From an uncultured bacterium (GTDB taxonomy: Bacteria; Verrucomicrobiota; Kiritimatiellia; RFP12; CAIWXQ01): a DNA stretch of 64,000 nucleotides. A model generated the notes under the pieces. That model had not been told where the DNA came from. It saw only the letters and a program-made list of their open reading frames with translations, and made no database searches. The DNA is taken from assembly GCA_903916675.1 (NCBI GenBank), contig CAIWXQ010000044.1, positions 1,165-65,164 of the forward strand. Reading direction: 5' to 3'. The translations under genes and the position numbers were made by a program. Of the stretch, positions 19,425-27,900 are shown piece after piece; the stretch's first letter is position 1; each line of letters begins with the position of its first letter.

Positions 19425-19488
19425 GGATGCGGGAATCAGGATGCGGGATTCGAGATGCAGGATGCGGGATGCAGGGTTCAAGGTTCAG
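19425..19488. repeat. Short tandem low-complexity array based on GATGCGGGA/GATGCAG words
   Basis: GATGCGGGAATCAG GATGCGGGATTCGA GATGCAG GATGCGG GATGCAGGGTTCAAGGTTCAG, lying in the trxB/DUF4091 spacer. Confidence 0.6.
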
Positions 19489-19588
19489 CATGCATCATAA
19501 CAGGGTCGGCCGCCCCTGGGAAACCCCGGAATCGGGGCTGAACATCAGCAATCACCAGCGGCCTAAACCTTGGAGCGATCCTGTGCCT

Positions 19589-21461
19589 TCAGTACCGCTT
19601 CCCGCCAAGATAGCCGGGCGCCCCGGTTGGATTAGGAAACTCGTTCCACGGGGAGACCTTGGCGCGAATCGCAGACTCGCCCAGGCTGTCCAGTATTATT
19701 CCCAGCCGGATCCGGGCCGCATCCCACTTGGCGCCGTCCAACTCGTAGTTGTTGAACCGGTCTCCTCCGCTCTGCTGACCGTCGGCCGATTTCGCGCCGG
19801 CGCCCGCCGGACCCAGCAGATTCCGCGCCTCCGCCTCCGCAGCATCATTGCGCCCCATCTTCTCCAACAGGTAGAGGTACTCGAAGTCGCCTGCACCCTG
19901 ACGGCAGTTCTTCAGACGCACCGTGGCAATGGCGCCATCAATGCCGACATCCTTGCCCGGATAGAACAGGACGCCATCGCCATTGATGCGCAGCGCGTTC
20001 TTTGCGGGATACAACTTGCCGTTCTTCATCACCTTCTTGGATTCGTCAAAGGTAAGCGGATCATTCCAGAGGTCGGTCAGATATTTTGAAGTGTCCTTGT
20101 CCTTGTAAAGCGCCTTAGTCGCGTCCTGACTCAACGCGCTGTACTTGTCCACCCAGTACATGCCGCGCCAAAAGTACCATAGGCGCGAGCCGGTGATGAA
20201 ACCCGCCCACGCATGCGTTCGGCAGGCAGCGGCGGGTGCGTCCACATACGGACCGCCAGCCATTCCGCCATTGTACGTCCAGATGATTTTCCCCTTCTTC
20301 ACCGCCTCCGGGATCAGGCTGACGGGCGTGGGGCCGCAGAAAATATCGATGTCGTTCTCGAGTGTGCCCAACTCCGGCGTGGCCGCGGCGTACTGCTTGG
20401 TCACCATGCGCATCAGTTTGCCGCCGCTGCCCTCCTTGACCTCCGCGCCGATCCGGCGGACCGCGTCGTAGGCATCCTTGCCGTGCGGCTCATCCTTGGT
20501 GTAGACAAACGCGCGGTTGTACCAGTTCTCCTGCTGGGTCAATCCTAGGAAGCGTTTGTAGGCGCAGGGCCGGATATCCACCACTTCCTGCCCGATGCCG
20601 GCGCCAAACGGCCCTTTGAAGGCCGTCCCGGTGAGATAGTCGTAAAAGCGCCGCGTCGGCAGCTTGATGTAGTCCACATCGATCGAGAAATCTTCCTGCA
20701 ACGCCACGCGATGGTTATGGGCCATCTGGAAGAACGAGTCCCAGATGGCCATCATGTTCTTGATTTCCGGATGGTTCCTACCCCATCCCTAGGTGATCTC
20801 CTCAGGCGACATACTGACCCAGTAGGGGAAGTGATTCACGGAGGGGAGCGTGAAGTTCCAGACCGTCAGCCTCACGTTCAGCGTCTCGTTGCCCGCCTTG
20901 ATTGCCGCCGTGTACACCCCCGGCGGCGTCTGCTCCGGGACAAAGATATCCACCCACACAACCTCATTCGACCCGGCCTTGACATCGAATGGCGCGCCGA
21001 ATTTCTTCGCGTGGAGCGGCACGAGTTGATCCGGGAACTCGCGCGGCCAGTTGTTTTTTTTCGTAGGTATCGGCAAGTTGCTGGACATCAGCAGGTATTT
21101 GCTTGGCGCTATACTGGGTGAGGACCTTGCAGAGCATGTAATGCTCGCGGAAAAGTTCAACCCCGTCCAGCGTCTTACCGCCCGGCCCCTGGAGTGTGAA
21201 CGGTGCAACATTCACGTCTTTCATCGGCCCCGGGAAGACGATCTGGAATGCCACAAACTCGTTGCACGCCGCAAAAAGATTCACCTGTTTCTGGCCGGCA
21301 TCCCAGATCGCACTCGTGGCAGGGGCCTTCTCCGGCCGCGCCACTTTCTGCGATGGCCCGGCGACCCAGATTTGCGCATGAACGCCTGCCGGCCAGGCAG
21401 CGAGAAATCCAGCCACAACCAGTCCTGCAACTTCGGAAACGACACGCTTGATGCCATGCAT
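19589..21461 (-). pseudogene. DUF4091-like secreted glycan-hydrolase-type gene disrupted by one frameshift and one in-frame TAG
   Basis: Three ORF-track pieces (20964-21596, 20789-21211, 19589-20755) read as one protein: signal peptide MHGIKRVV..., then LFAACNEFVAFQIVF, LTVWNFTLPS, and the C-terminal DUF4091-like part. The frame switches inside an A8 run (plus-strand T8 at 21054-21061). A TAG at 20789-20791 is in frame with the downstream piece. Confidence 0.75.
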
Positions 21462-21590
21462 AATATTTTCCTCGTAATTGCTGTATTCGGTTGAAACGAT
21501 GCGTGGTGGCGCGGTTATGTCTATCACGCGTCCGGTCAGTCCCAACTGAATGATCTGCTCCATGGGAAGCATCCAGATGAGCTGGCCATT

Positions 21591-21720
21591 CGTCATTGGT
21601 CATTAGGGAAAAACGGATGAAAGTCCAAGCACGAGGTTGAGGCTGAACTTTCACGATTCGACATTCGCCGCTCGACGTCAGCCCCTGCCGTCCAGTGACC
21701 AATGACCACTAGCCAATGAC
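21591..21720. repeat. Inverted CATTGGTCA-type arms flanking a roughly 85-nt spacer
   Basis: CGTCATTGGTCATTAGGG (21591-21608) against CCAGTGACCAATGACCACTAGCCAATGAC (21692-21720). A related word, TCATTGGTCAGCGGTCATTGGGG, occurs at 18333-18355. Confidence 0.55.
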
Positions 21721-21726
21721 TATTAA

Positions 21727-23439
21727 CTACGTGTAGCGTAGCACCTCGGTGGAGGTGGTATAGCCGTCGAGGATGTTGCGGATGCCGTCCTCGCGCATGG
21801 TGCGCATGCCGAGCTCGCGGGCTTTGGCCTTGATGAAGAGCGTGGGCTTGCGCTCATTGATCAGCTCACGGATCGGCTCGCTGATGCGCAGGTACTCGAA
21901 GAGCCCCTTGCGCCCCTTGTAGCCGGTGTTATTGCACATCGAGCAGCCACGGCCGTAATAGAAAGGCTTGCCGTTGATCTGATCGCGGGTGAGCTCCAGG
22001 CGCACGAGGGTCTCGTCGTCCGGTTCGAGCGGTTCCTTGCAGTTGGCGCAGACGGTGCGGATCAGGCGCTGGCCGAGCACAGCCTCGAGGGTAGAGGAGA
22101 TCAGGTAGGGCTGCACGTCCATGTCGACCAGGCGGGTGACGGCGCCGGCGGAATCGTTGGTATGCAGTGTGCTGAAGACCAGGTGGCCGGTGAGCGAAGC
22201 CTGGATGGCGATCTGGGCTGTCTCCAAGTCGCGGATCTCGCCGATCATCATCACGTCCGGGTCCTGGCGCAGGAAGGCGCGCAGCACCTTGGGGAACGTG
22301 TTGCCGGTCAGCGGATTGATCGGCACCTGAATGATACCGTCGATGTCGTATTCCACCGGCTCCTCGGCGGTCAGCAGCTTCTGGTCGATCGTGTTGATGC
22401 GGCGCAGGGCGGAATAGAGCGTGGTGGTCTTGCCAGAGCCGGTCGGGCCGGTGACGATGAAGATGCCGTTGGGCTTTTCGACGTCCATTGTGATCTGCTC
22501 GAACATTTCCTCCGGAAACCCGAGGTTCTCGAGGTCGAGCGAGACCACAGAGCGGTCGAGCACGCGCAATACGACACTCTCGCCGAACTGCGTCGGAAGG
22601 CATGAAACACGCAAGTCGATGTGCCGGCGGGCGACGACGATCGCGATGCGCCCGTCCTGCGGCACGCGGCGTTCGGCGATGTTGAGGCCGGCCATGACCT
22701 TGATGCGTGAGATGATCGGCAGGGCCATGCGCCGACTGGGCGGCTTCATTTCGTACAGCGCGCCGTCGACACGGTACCGGATGCGAAAGTCCTTCTCATA
22801 CGGCTCGAAATGGATATCCGAGGCGCGGTTGGTCACAGCCTCGTACAGCACGAGGCTCACATACTTGACCACCGGCGCCGCCTTGGCCTGCGCTTCGATG
22901 GCCTTTTCGTCGAGCGCTTCCTCGGCGGTGAGCGTGGCATCCTGTTCGAGGTCGCCCTCGAGGTCGCTAAGCATGTCGGCGACGGTCTCGCTTTCGTCGC
23001 CGTAGTATTGGCTGACCCGCGCCGTCAGGTCGCCCTCCTTGGCCATGACGAACGAAATGTCGCGCGTCAGGACGAACATCAGTTCGTCGACCACGTGCGG
23101 TTCCACCAGCGTCGAGGTGGCCAGTGTGATGGCGCCCGGCGTGCAGGAGACGGGCATCATGTTGTATGTGCGCGCCACGCTAGCCGGCAGGATGCGCAGC
23201 ACCTCCTGCGGGATCTCGAGGTCCGGAAGATTGACGACCTCGCACCCCTGATAGGCGGCCATCATGGACAGCAGTTCGTCCTCCGTAGCGAAGCCCATGT
23301 CCACGATCAGCGTGTGCAGGGGTTTGCCGCTGCGGACGTGCTCCTCCTGGATGTCCTGCGCCTGCTGTGCGTCCATGATGCCGTTGCTGATTGCCAAGTC
23401 CAGCACCGGATCGAACTGCTGCACGGTATCTGCGCTCAT
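21727..23439 (-). CDS. GspE/PilB-family secretion ATPase (type IV pilus / type II secretion assembly ATPase), paralog 2
   Basis: 570 aa with an N-terminal T2SSE_N-like domain, Walker [11 protein letters not shown], Asp/His boxes, and a tetracysteine motif (CANC...CSMC). Confidence 0.88.
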   Translation of the reverse strand: MSADTVQQFDPVLDLAISNGIMDAQQAQDIQEEHVRSGKPLHTLIVDMGFATEDELLSMMAAYQGCEVVNLPDLEIPQEVLRILPASVARTYNMMPVSCTPGAITLATSTLVEPHVVDELMFVLTRDISFVMAKEGDLTARVSQYYGDESETVADMLSDLEGDLEQDATLTAEEALDEKAIEAQAKAAPVVKYVSLVLYEAVTNRASDIHFEPYEKDFRIRYRVDGALYEMKPPSRRMALPIISRIKVMAGLNIAERRVPQDGRIAIVVARRHIDLRVSCLPTQFGESVVLRVLDRSVVSLDLENLGFPEEMFEQITMDVEKPNGIFIVTGPTGSGKTTTLYSALRRINTIDQKLLTAEEPVEYDIDGIIQVPINPLTGNTFPKVLRAFLRQDPDVMMIGEIRDLETAQIAIQASLTGHLVFSTLHTNDSAGAVTRLVDMDVQPYLISSTLEAVLGQRLIRTVCANCKEPLEPDDETLVRLELTRDQINGKPFYYGRGCSMCNNTGYKGRKGLFEYLRISEPIRELINERKPTLFIKAKARELGMRTMREDGIRNILDGYTTSTEVLRYT

Positions 23440-23443
23440 GACG

Positions 23444-24541
23444 TCACTTTCCCCGCGCCCGCAGGACTTCCTGCAACTGCTGCACGATCGTGTCCGGATC
23501 CTGCGACTTGGTGATCAAATCCTCGTAGTGGATCAGTCCCTTGAGGTACAAATCGAGCAGGTGGGCGTCCAGCGTGATCATGCCGTTTTTGGTGCCGGTC
23601 TGGATGTCGGAGGTGATCTGGAAGGACTTGTTGTCGCGGATGCGCGCGCGAATGGACGGCGTGGAGATCATCACCTCGAATGCCGCAATGCGCCCCGGCT
23701 TGTCTGCGCGCACCAGCAGCAGCTGCGAGATCACCGCCACCAGCCCCACGGAGAGCTGCGTGCGGACCTGCTCCTGCTGCGTGGTTGGGAAGGCATCCAC
23801 GATGCGGTCCACTGTGGCAGCCGCGCCCGTGGTGTGCAGGGTGGCAAAGACGAGGTGGCCGGTTTCTGCGGCGGTAATGGCCGCCTGCATGGTCTCAAGG
23901 TCGCGCATTTCGCCGACCAGAATCACGTCCGGGTCCTGACGCAGCGCGCGTCGAATGGCCTCGGCGAAACTCGGCACGTCCACGCCGATTTCGCGCTGCG
24001 TGACGATCGACTTGCGGTGCGTATGGTAGTACTCAATCGGGTCCTCGACCGTAATGATGTGGCAGTCGCGGTCGGTGTTGATGATGTCGATCATGCTGGC
24101 CAGCGTGGTGGATTTGCCGGAGCCGGTGGGCCCGGTCACCAGGATCAGCCCGCGCGGGCGGTAGAGCAGCTCCTTCACCTGCGGCGGCAGACCGATCTGA
24201 TCGAGCGTCAGCAGCTTGGTGGGAATCTGGCGCAGCACAACGCCGATGTTACCGCGCTCGCGGAAGACGCTCACGCGGAACCGTGCGGCTTTTTTGAATG
24301 CGAAGCCGAAGTCCGTGCCGCCGTGCTCCTGCACCATCTGCTGGTGCCGGGCGTTGGTGATGGCTTTCATCAGGCGCTCGGTGTCCTCAGGCGTCAGCGG
24401 CGGAAGGTCCAGCGGCGTCAGCGCTCCGTGGATGCGGAGCATGGGCGGGATACCCACGCGGATGTGCAGGTCGGACGCTCCTTCGTCGACCGTCAGCTGC
24501 AGCAGTTCGTCCATTTCGGCGTTGTGGGCGGAGGCGTTCAT
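23444..24541 (-). CDS. pilT: Type IV pilus retraction ATPase PilT
   Basis: 365 aa. The N-terminus ...[18 protein letters not shown], Walker [11 protein letters not shown] and [10 protein letters not shown] are typical of PilT. The start overlaps the upstream stop by 1 nt (TGATG). Confidence 0.9.
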   Translation of the reverse strand: MNASAHNAEMDELLQLTVDEGASDLHIRVGIPPMLRIHGALTPLDLPPLTPEDTERLMKAITNARHQQMVQEHGGTDFGFAFKKAARFRVSVFRERGNIGVVLRQIPTKLLTLDQIGLPPQVKELLYRPRGLILVTGPTGSGKSTTLASMIDIINTDRDCHIITVEDPIEYYHTHRKSIVTQREIGVDVPSFAEAIRRALRQDPDVILVGEMRDLETMQAAITAAETGHLVFATLHTTGAAATVDRIVDAFPTTQQEQVRTQLSVGLVAVISQLLLVRADKPGRIAAFEVMISTPSIRARIRDNKSFQITSDIQTGTKNGMITLDAHLLDLYLKGLIHYEDLITKSQDPDTIVQQLQEVLRARGK

Positions 24542-26253
24542 CAGTCGGCATCTCCCATGGTGGCGCGCAGGACCTCGTCGAGCGTCGTCATGCCGGAAAC
24601 CACCTTCAGCAGGCCGTCCTCGCGCAACGTACGCATACCCATCTCGCGAGCCCGGATGCGGAGCTGCGTAGCGGGCAGGTGCTCAAAAATCATGCGCTGG
24701 ATGGTGTCGTCGATCAGGAACATTTCGAAAATACCCTTGCGCCCTTTGTAGCCGGTCAGGCTGCAGTTGGGGCATCCGCGCCCCTTGACCAAGGGGGAGT
24801 TGGCCAGTTCCTTGGCAGCCGGGCCGAGTATCTTCTTCTCGCGGTCGGTGGGCGTATAGGGCTCCTTGCAGTTGGGGCAGATCACGCGCACCAAACGCTG
24901 CGCCATGCAGGCGCGCACAGCGGAGGCAACCAGGAACGGCTTGACTCCGATGTCGAGCAGACGCGTGATGGCGCTGGGCGCATCGTTGGTGTGCAGGGTG
25001 CTGAAGACCAAGTGACCGGTCAGCGCTGCCTCCATGGCGATGTCGGCGGTTTCTTCGTCGCGGATTTCGCCGATCATCACAATATTCGGCGCCTGGCGCA
25101 GGATCGAGCGCAGCGCGGCGGAGAAATCCAGATTCACATCGCGGTTGACCTGGACCTGGTTGATACCGCTCATCTGATATTCCACCGGATCCTCGACCGT
25201 AATGATCTTGCGGTCCGGCTGGTTGATCTGCCCCAGGCAGGCGTACAGCGTCGTCGTCTTGCCAGAGCCGGTCGGGCCGGTCACCAGCAGCACGCCGTCC
25301 GGCAGCGAAATCAAGCGCTCGAACCGCTGCTGATCGTCGAACAGGAACCCAAGCTGCGGCAGGCCCAGCGCCAGATTCTGCTTGTCGAGAATACGCATGA
25401 CGATGCTCTCGCCATGGTTCGTCGGGACGGAGGAGACGCGCAAGTCGAGGTCACGCCCTGTGACGGTAATCTGGATGCGCCCGTCCTGCGGCACGCGCTT
25501 CTCGGAAATCTTCATGCCGGACATGATCTTCACACGCTGCAGAATCGCGGCCTGCAGGCGCTTGGGTGGGTTTTCCATCTCCTGAAGCACGCCGTCCACG
25601 CGGTAGCGCACGCGAAACCGGCGCTCCATGGGCTCCAGATGGATGTCGGATGCGCGCCGCCTGAAGGCGTCCATGATAATAACGCTCACCAGCCTGATGA
25701 CCGGCGCATCGGCCTCGGTGACGTCGGAACTGCCGGCCAACTGGTTGCTGAGGCCGTCGTCGCTGCTCTTGACGTCGACCTCGCCATCGCCCATGGAGTC
25801 GACCAACGATTCCAGGTCCTCGCGCGGATAGAGCTTGTCGAGGGCGTCGGCGATCTCCTGCTTGCGCGCCACCACCGCGTCGACGTTGCACTTCAGCACA
25901 TAGCGCAGGCTGTCGATGGTGTCATAGTTCATCGGGTCGCTGATCGCGACCGTCACGACGTTGCCGTTCTTGGCCAGCGGCACCGCGCCGTATTTGCGGG
26001 CCTTGTCGGCGGACAGCACGTCCTTCATCTCGGGCGCGATAGCGGCCGGGTCGATGTGCACCAGTTCCATGCCGAACTGCGCCGCGACCAGCGCCAGGAC
26101 GTCCTCTTCCTTGACCACCTTAAGCTGGATCAGGACGTCCACCACCGTCTCGCCAGCCTGCTTGACGGACATGGCGGCCTTGTCCACCTGCTCGGGCTGG
26201 ACCAGGCCGTGCTCCTGCAGGATCTGCAGCACATAATCGTCGTTCAGCGTCAC
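24541..26253 (-). CDS. GspE/PilB-family secretion ATPase, paralog 1
   Basis: Start set at GTG 26253, preceded by GGGGAGAA. This gives 570 aa, the same length as paralog 2. It has a T2SSE_N-like N-terminus, Walker [11 protein letters not shown] and tetracysteine CPNC...CPNC. The ORF-track start at 26307 is a TTG overlapping the gatB stop. Confidence 0.88.
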   Translation of the reverse strand: MTLNDDYVLQILQEHGLVQPEQVDKAAMSVKQAGETVVDVLIQLKVVKEEDVLALVAAQFGMELVHIDPAAIAPEMKDVLSADKARKYGAVPLAKNGNVVTVAISDPMNYDTIDSLRYVLKCNVDAVVARKQEIADALDKLYPREDLESLVDSMGDGEVDVKSSDDGLSNQLAGSSDVTEADAPVIRLVSVIIMDAFRRRASDIHLEPMERRFRVRYRVDGVLQEMENPPKRLQAAILQRVKIMSGMKISEKRVPQDGRIQITVTGRDLDLRVSSVPTNHGESIVMRILDKQNLALGLPQLGFLFDDQQRFERLISLPDGVLLVTGPTGSGKTTTLYACLGQINQPDRKIITVEDPVEYQMSGINQVQVNRDVNLDFSAALRSILRQAPNIVMIGEIRDEETADIAMEAALTGHLVFSTLHTNDAPSAITRLLDIGVKPFLVASAVRACMAQRLVRVICPNCKEPYTPTDREKKILGPAAKELANSPLVKGRGCPNCSLTGYKGRKGIFEMFLIDDTIQRMIFEHLPATQLRIRAREMGMRTLREDGLLKVVSGMTTLDEVLRATMGDAD

Positions 26254-26303
26254 GCGGCTTCTCCCCGATTCCCTTGCCAGGAATCCGCTTCGCGTCCGAC
26301 AAA

Positions 26304-27737
26304 TCAACCCTTGCGTGCGGCGAGTTTCTCCGCCACCAGCTTCGAGGCCAGTTGCGGATCCGCCTTTCCCCGGCTCAACTTCATCACCTGCCCTACCAGC
26401 GCCTGCGCGGCGGCCTGCTTGCCGCCCAGAAAATCCTGCACTATCCGCGGGTTGGCCTCCAGTGTCTGGTCCACCAGCCTGCTGATCTCGTCCGCGTCAC
26501 CCATCTGCCCCAGCCCGCGCGCCGTCACCAGTAAGGCGGGGTTTCCGCCTGTCTCGAACAGCTCCGGCAACAGCCCCTTGGCAGTCGGCAGGTTGATCGT
26601 CCGCCGGTCCACCAGCGCAATCAGGTCTGCCAGCGTCTCCGGCGTCAGCGCGCACTGCGCCAGCGTGCAGTTGCGCTCACCTAGCAACCGCAGCACGTCG
26701 GTCATGATCCAGTTGGAGACCGCCTTGCCGTTGCCGCAGCGTGTCGCCGCTGTCTCGAAGAAATCCGCCACGGCCCGATCCGCTGTCAACACACCCGCAT
26801 CATACACGGGAATGCCGTAGGATTGCACCAGTCTTGTGCGTCGGTCTGCCGGACGCTCCGGTAGACCCGCCCGCCAAGCCTCGATCTGCGCACGGTCCAG
26901 CACCACCGGCAGGAGGTCGGGCTCGGGGAAATAGCGGTAGTCGTGGGCGTCCTCCTTGCTGCGCATGGGGAACGTCTCGCCACTGTCTGGCTCCCACCGG
27001 CGGGTCTGCTGCACCACCCGACCGCCGCCGGCCAGCAGGGCGCTTTGCCGGTCGATCTCGTACAACAGCGCCGCATGTACACCCTTGAAGGTGTTCATGT
27101 TCTTGATCTCGACCTTGGTGCCGAGTTTCTCCTGCCCTGCGGGGCGCACGCTGACGTTCACATCGCAGCGCAGGTTCCCCTCTTCCAGATTGCAGTCGCT
27201 CACGCCGGCATAGAGCAGCGTTTGCTTAAGCGCCAGCAGGAAGGCCATAGCCTCGTCCGCCGAGGCGAGGTCCGGCTCGGTCACAATCTCCATCAGCGGT
27301 ACGCCCGCGCGGTTGAAATCCACGCCGCTGCACGCCGCATGGTGCGTACTCTTGCCCACGTCCTCCTCGAGATGGATGCGCGTAAGGCGGATCGTCCTAG
27401 CCGCCCCGTTGACCACGATTGCCACGCCGCCGCCCAGACAAAGCGGCTTGTCGTACTGGGTGATCTGATAGTTCTTGGGCATGTCCGGATAAAAGTAGCT
27501 CTTGCGGTCGAACTTGCTGAACGTGCCGATCTCGCAACCCAGCATCAGCCCGGAGACCACTGTCTGATGGATCGCCTCCGCATTCATCACCGGCATGGCA
27601 CCCGGATACCCCAGGCAGACCGGGCAAACCTGCGTGTTGGGCGACGCGCCATACGCCGTGCTGCAGCCGCAGAACATCTTGGTCCGCGTGCGAAGCTGCA
27701 CGTGCACTTCGAGGCCGATGGAAGGAACGTAGTTCAT
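26304..27737 (-). CDS. gatB: Asp-tRNA(Asn)/Glu-tRNA(Gln) amidotransferase subunit B
   Basis: MNYVPSIGLEVHVQLRTRTKMFCGC N-terminus and a GatB/YqeY C-terminal domain. Confidence 0.95.
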   Translation of the reverse strand: MNYVPSIGLEVHVQLRTRTKMFCGCSTAYGASPNTQVCPVCLGYPGAMPVMNAEAIHQTVVSGLMLGCEIGTFSKFDRKSYFYPDMPKNYQITQYDKPLCLGGGVAIVVNGAARTIRLTRIHLEEDVGKSTHHAACSGVDFNRAGVPLMEIVTEPDLASADEAMAFLLALKQTLLYAGVSDCNLEEGNLRCDVNVSVRPAGQEKLGTKVEIKNMNTFKGVHAALLYEIDRQSALLAGGGRVVQQTRRWEPDSGETFPMRSKEDAHDYRYFPEPDLLPVVLDRAQIEAWRAGLPERPADRRTRLVQSYGIPVYDAGVLTADRAVADFFETAATRCGNGKAVSNWIMTDVLRLLGERNCTLAQCALTPETLADLIALVDRRTINLPTAKGLLPELFETGGNPALLVTARGLGQMGDADEISRLVDQTLEANPRIVQDFLGGKQAAAQALVGQVMKLSRGKADPQLASKLVAEKLAARKG

Positions 27738-27797
27738 GAGAGCAAGCGTTCGTTGCGATGCAGGACGTTCTTCGTCGCAGCGGCATCGGATTGAGAT

Positions 27798-27893
27798 CGT
27801 AGAATATCGAATATCGAAGGTCGAAGGTCGAAGGAAATATCAGACCGTGTCTTTCCTTCCTGATTCAGCGGTTCGACATTCGATATTCTGCGG
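27798..27893. repeat. GAA-phased heptad hairpin element (family copy) inside the gatA-gatB spacer
   Basis: Plus-strand left arm CGTAGAATATCGAATATCGAAGGTCGAAGGTCGAAGGAAA. The reverse complement of the right arm is CCGCAGAATATCGAATGTCGAACCGCTGAATCAGGAAGGAAA. Confidence 0.8.
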
Positions 27894-27900
27894 TTTGAAA

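Noticed and set aside
19425-19488. Possible CRISPR-like array, raised by the repeated GATGCGGGA units.
   Set aside because: The units are 7-14 nt with no unique spacers, and no cas genes are present. It is a simple low-complexity array.
20789-20791. In-frame TAG as possible stop-codon recoding (for example pyrrolysine or read-through).
   Set aside because: TAG terminates several intact genes in the window. The same gene also carries a frameshift, so pseudogenisation or sequencing error is the simpler explanation.
26254-26307. Apparent 4-nt overlap of gatB with the PilB-like ORF start at 26307.
   Set aside because: The codon at 26307 is TTG. The first 18 residues are unlike PilB. A GTG at 26253 with an upstream GGGGAG gives a protein of the same length as its paralog.
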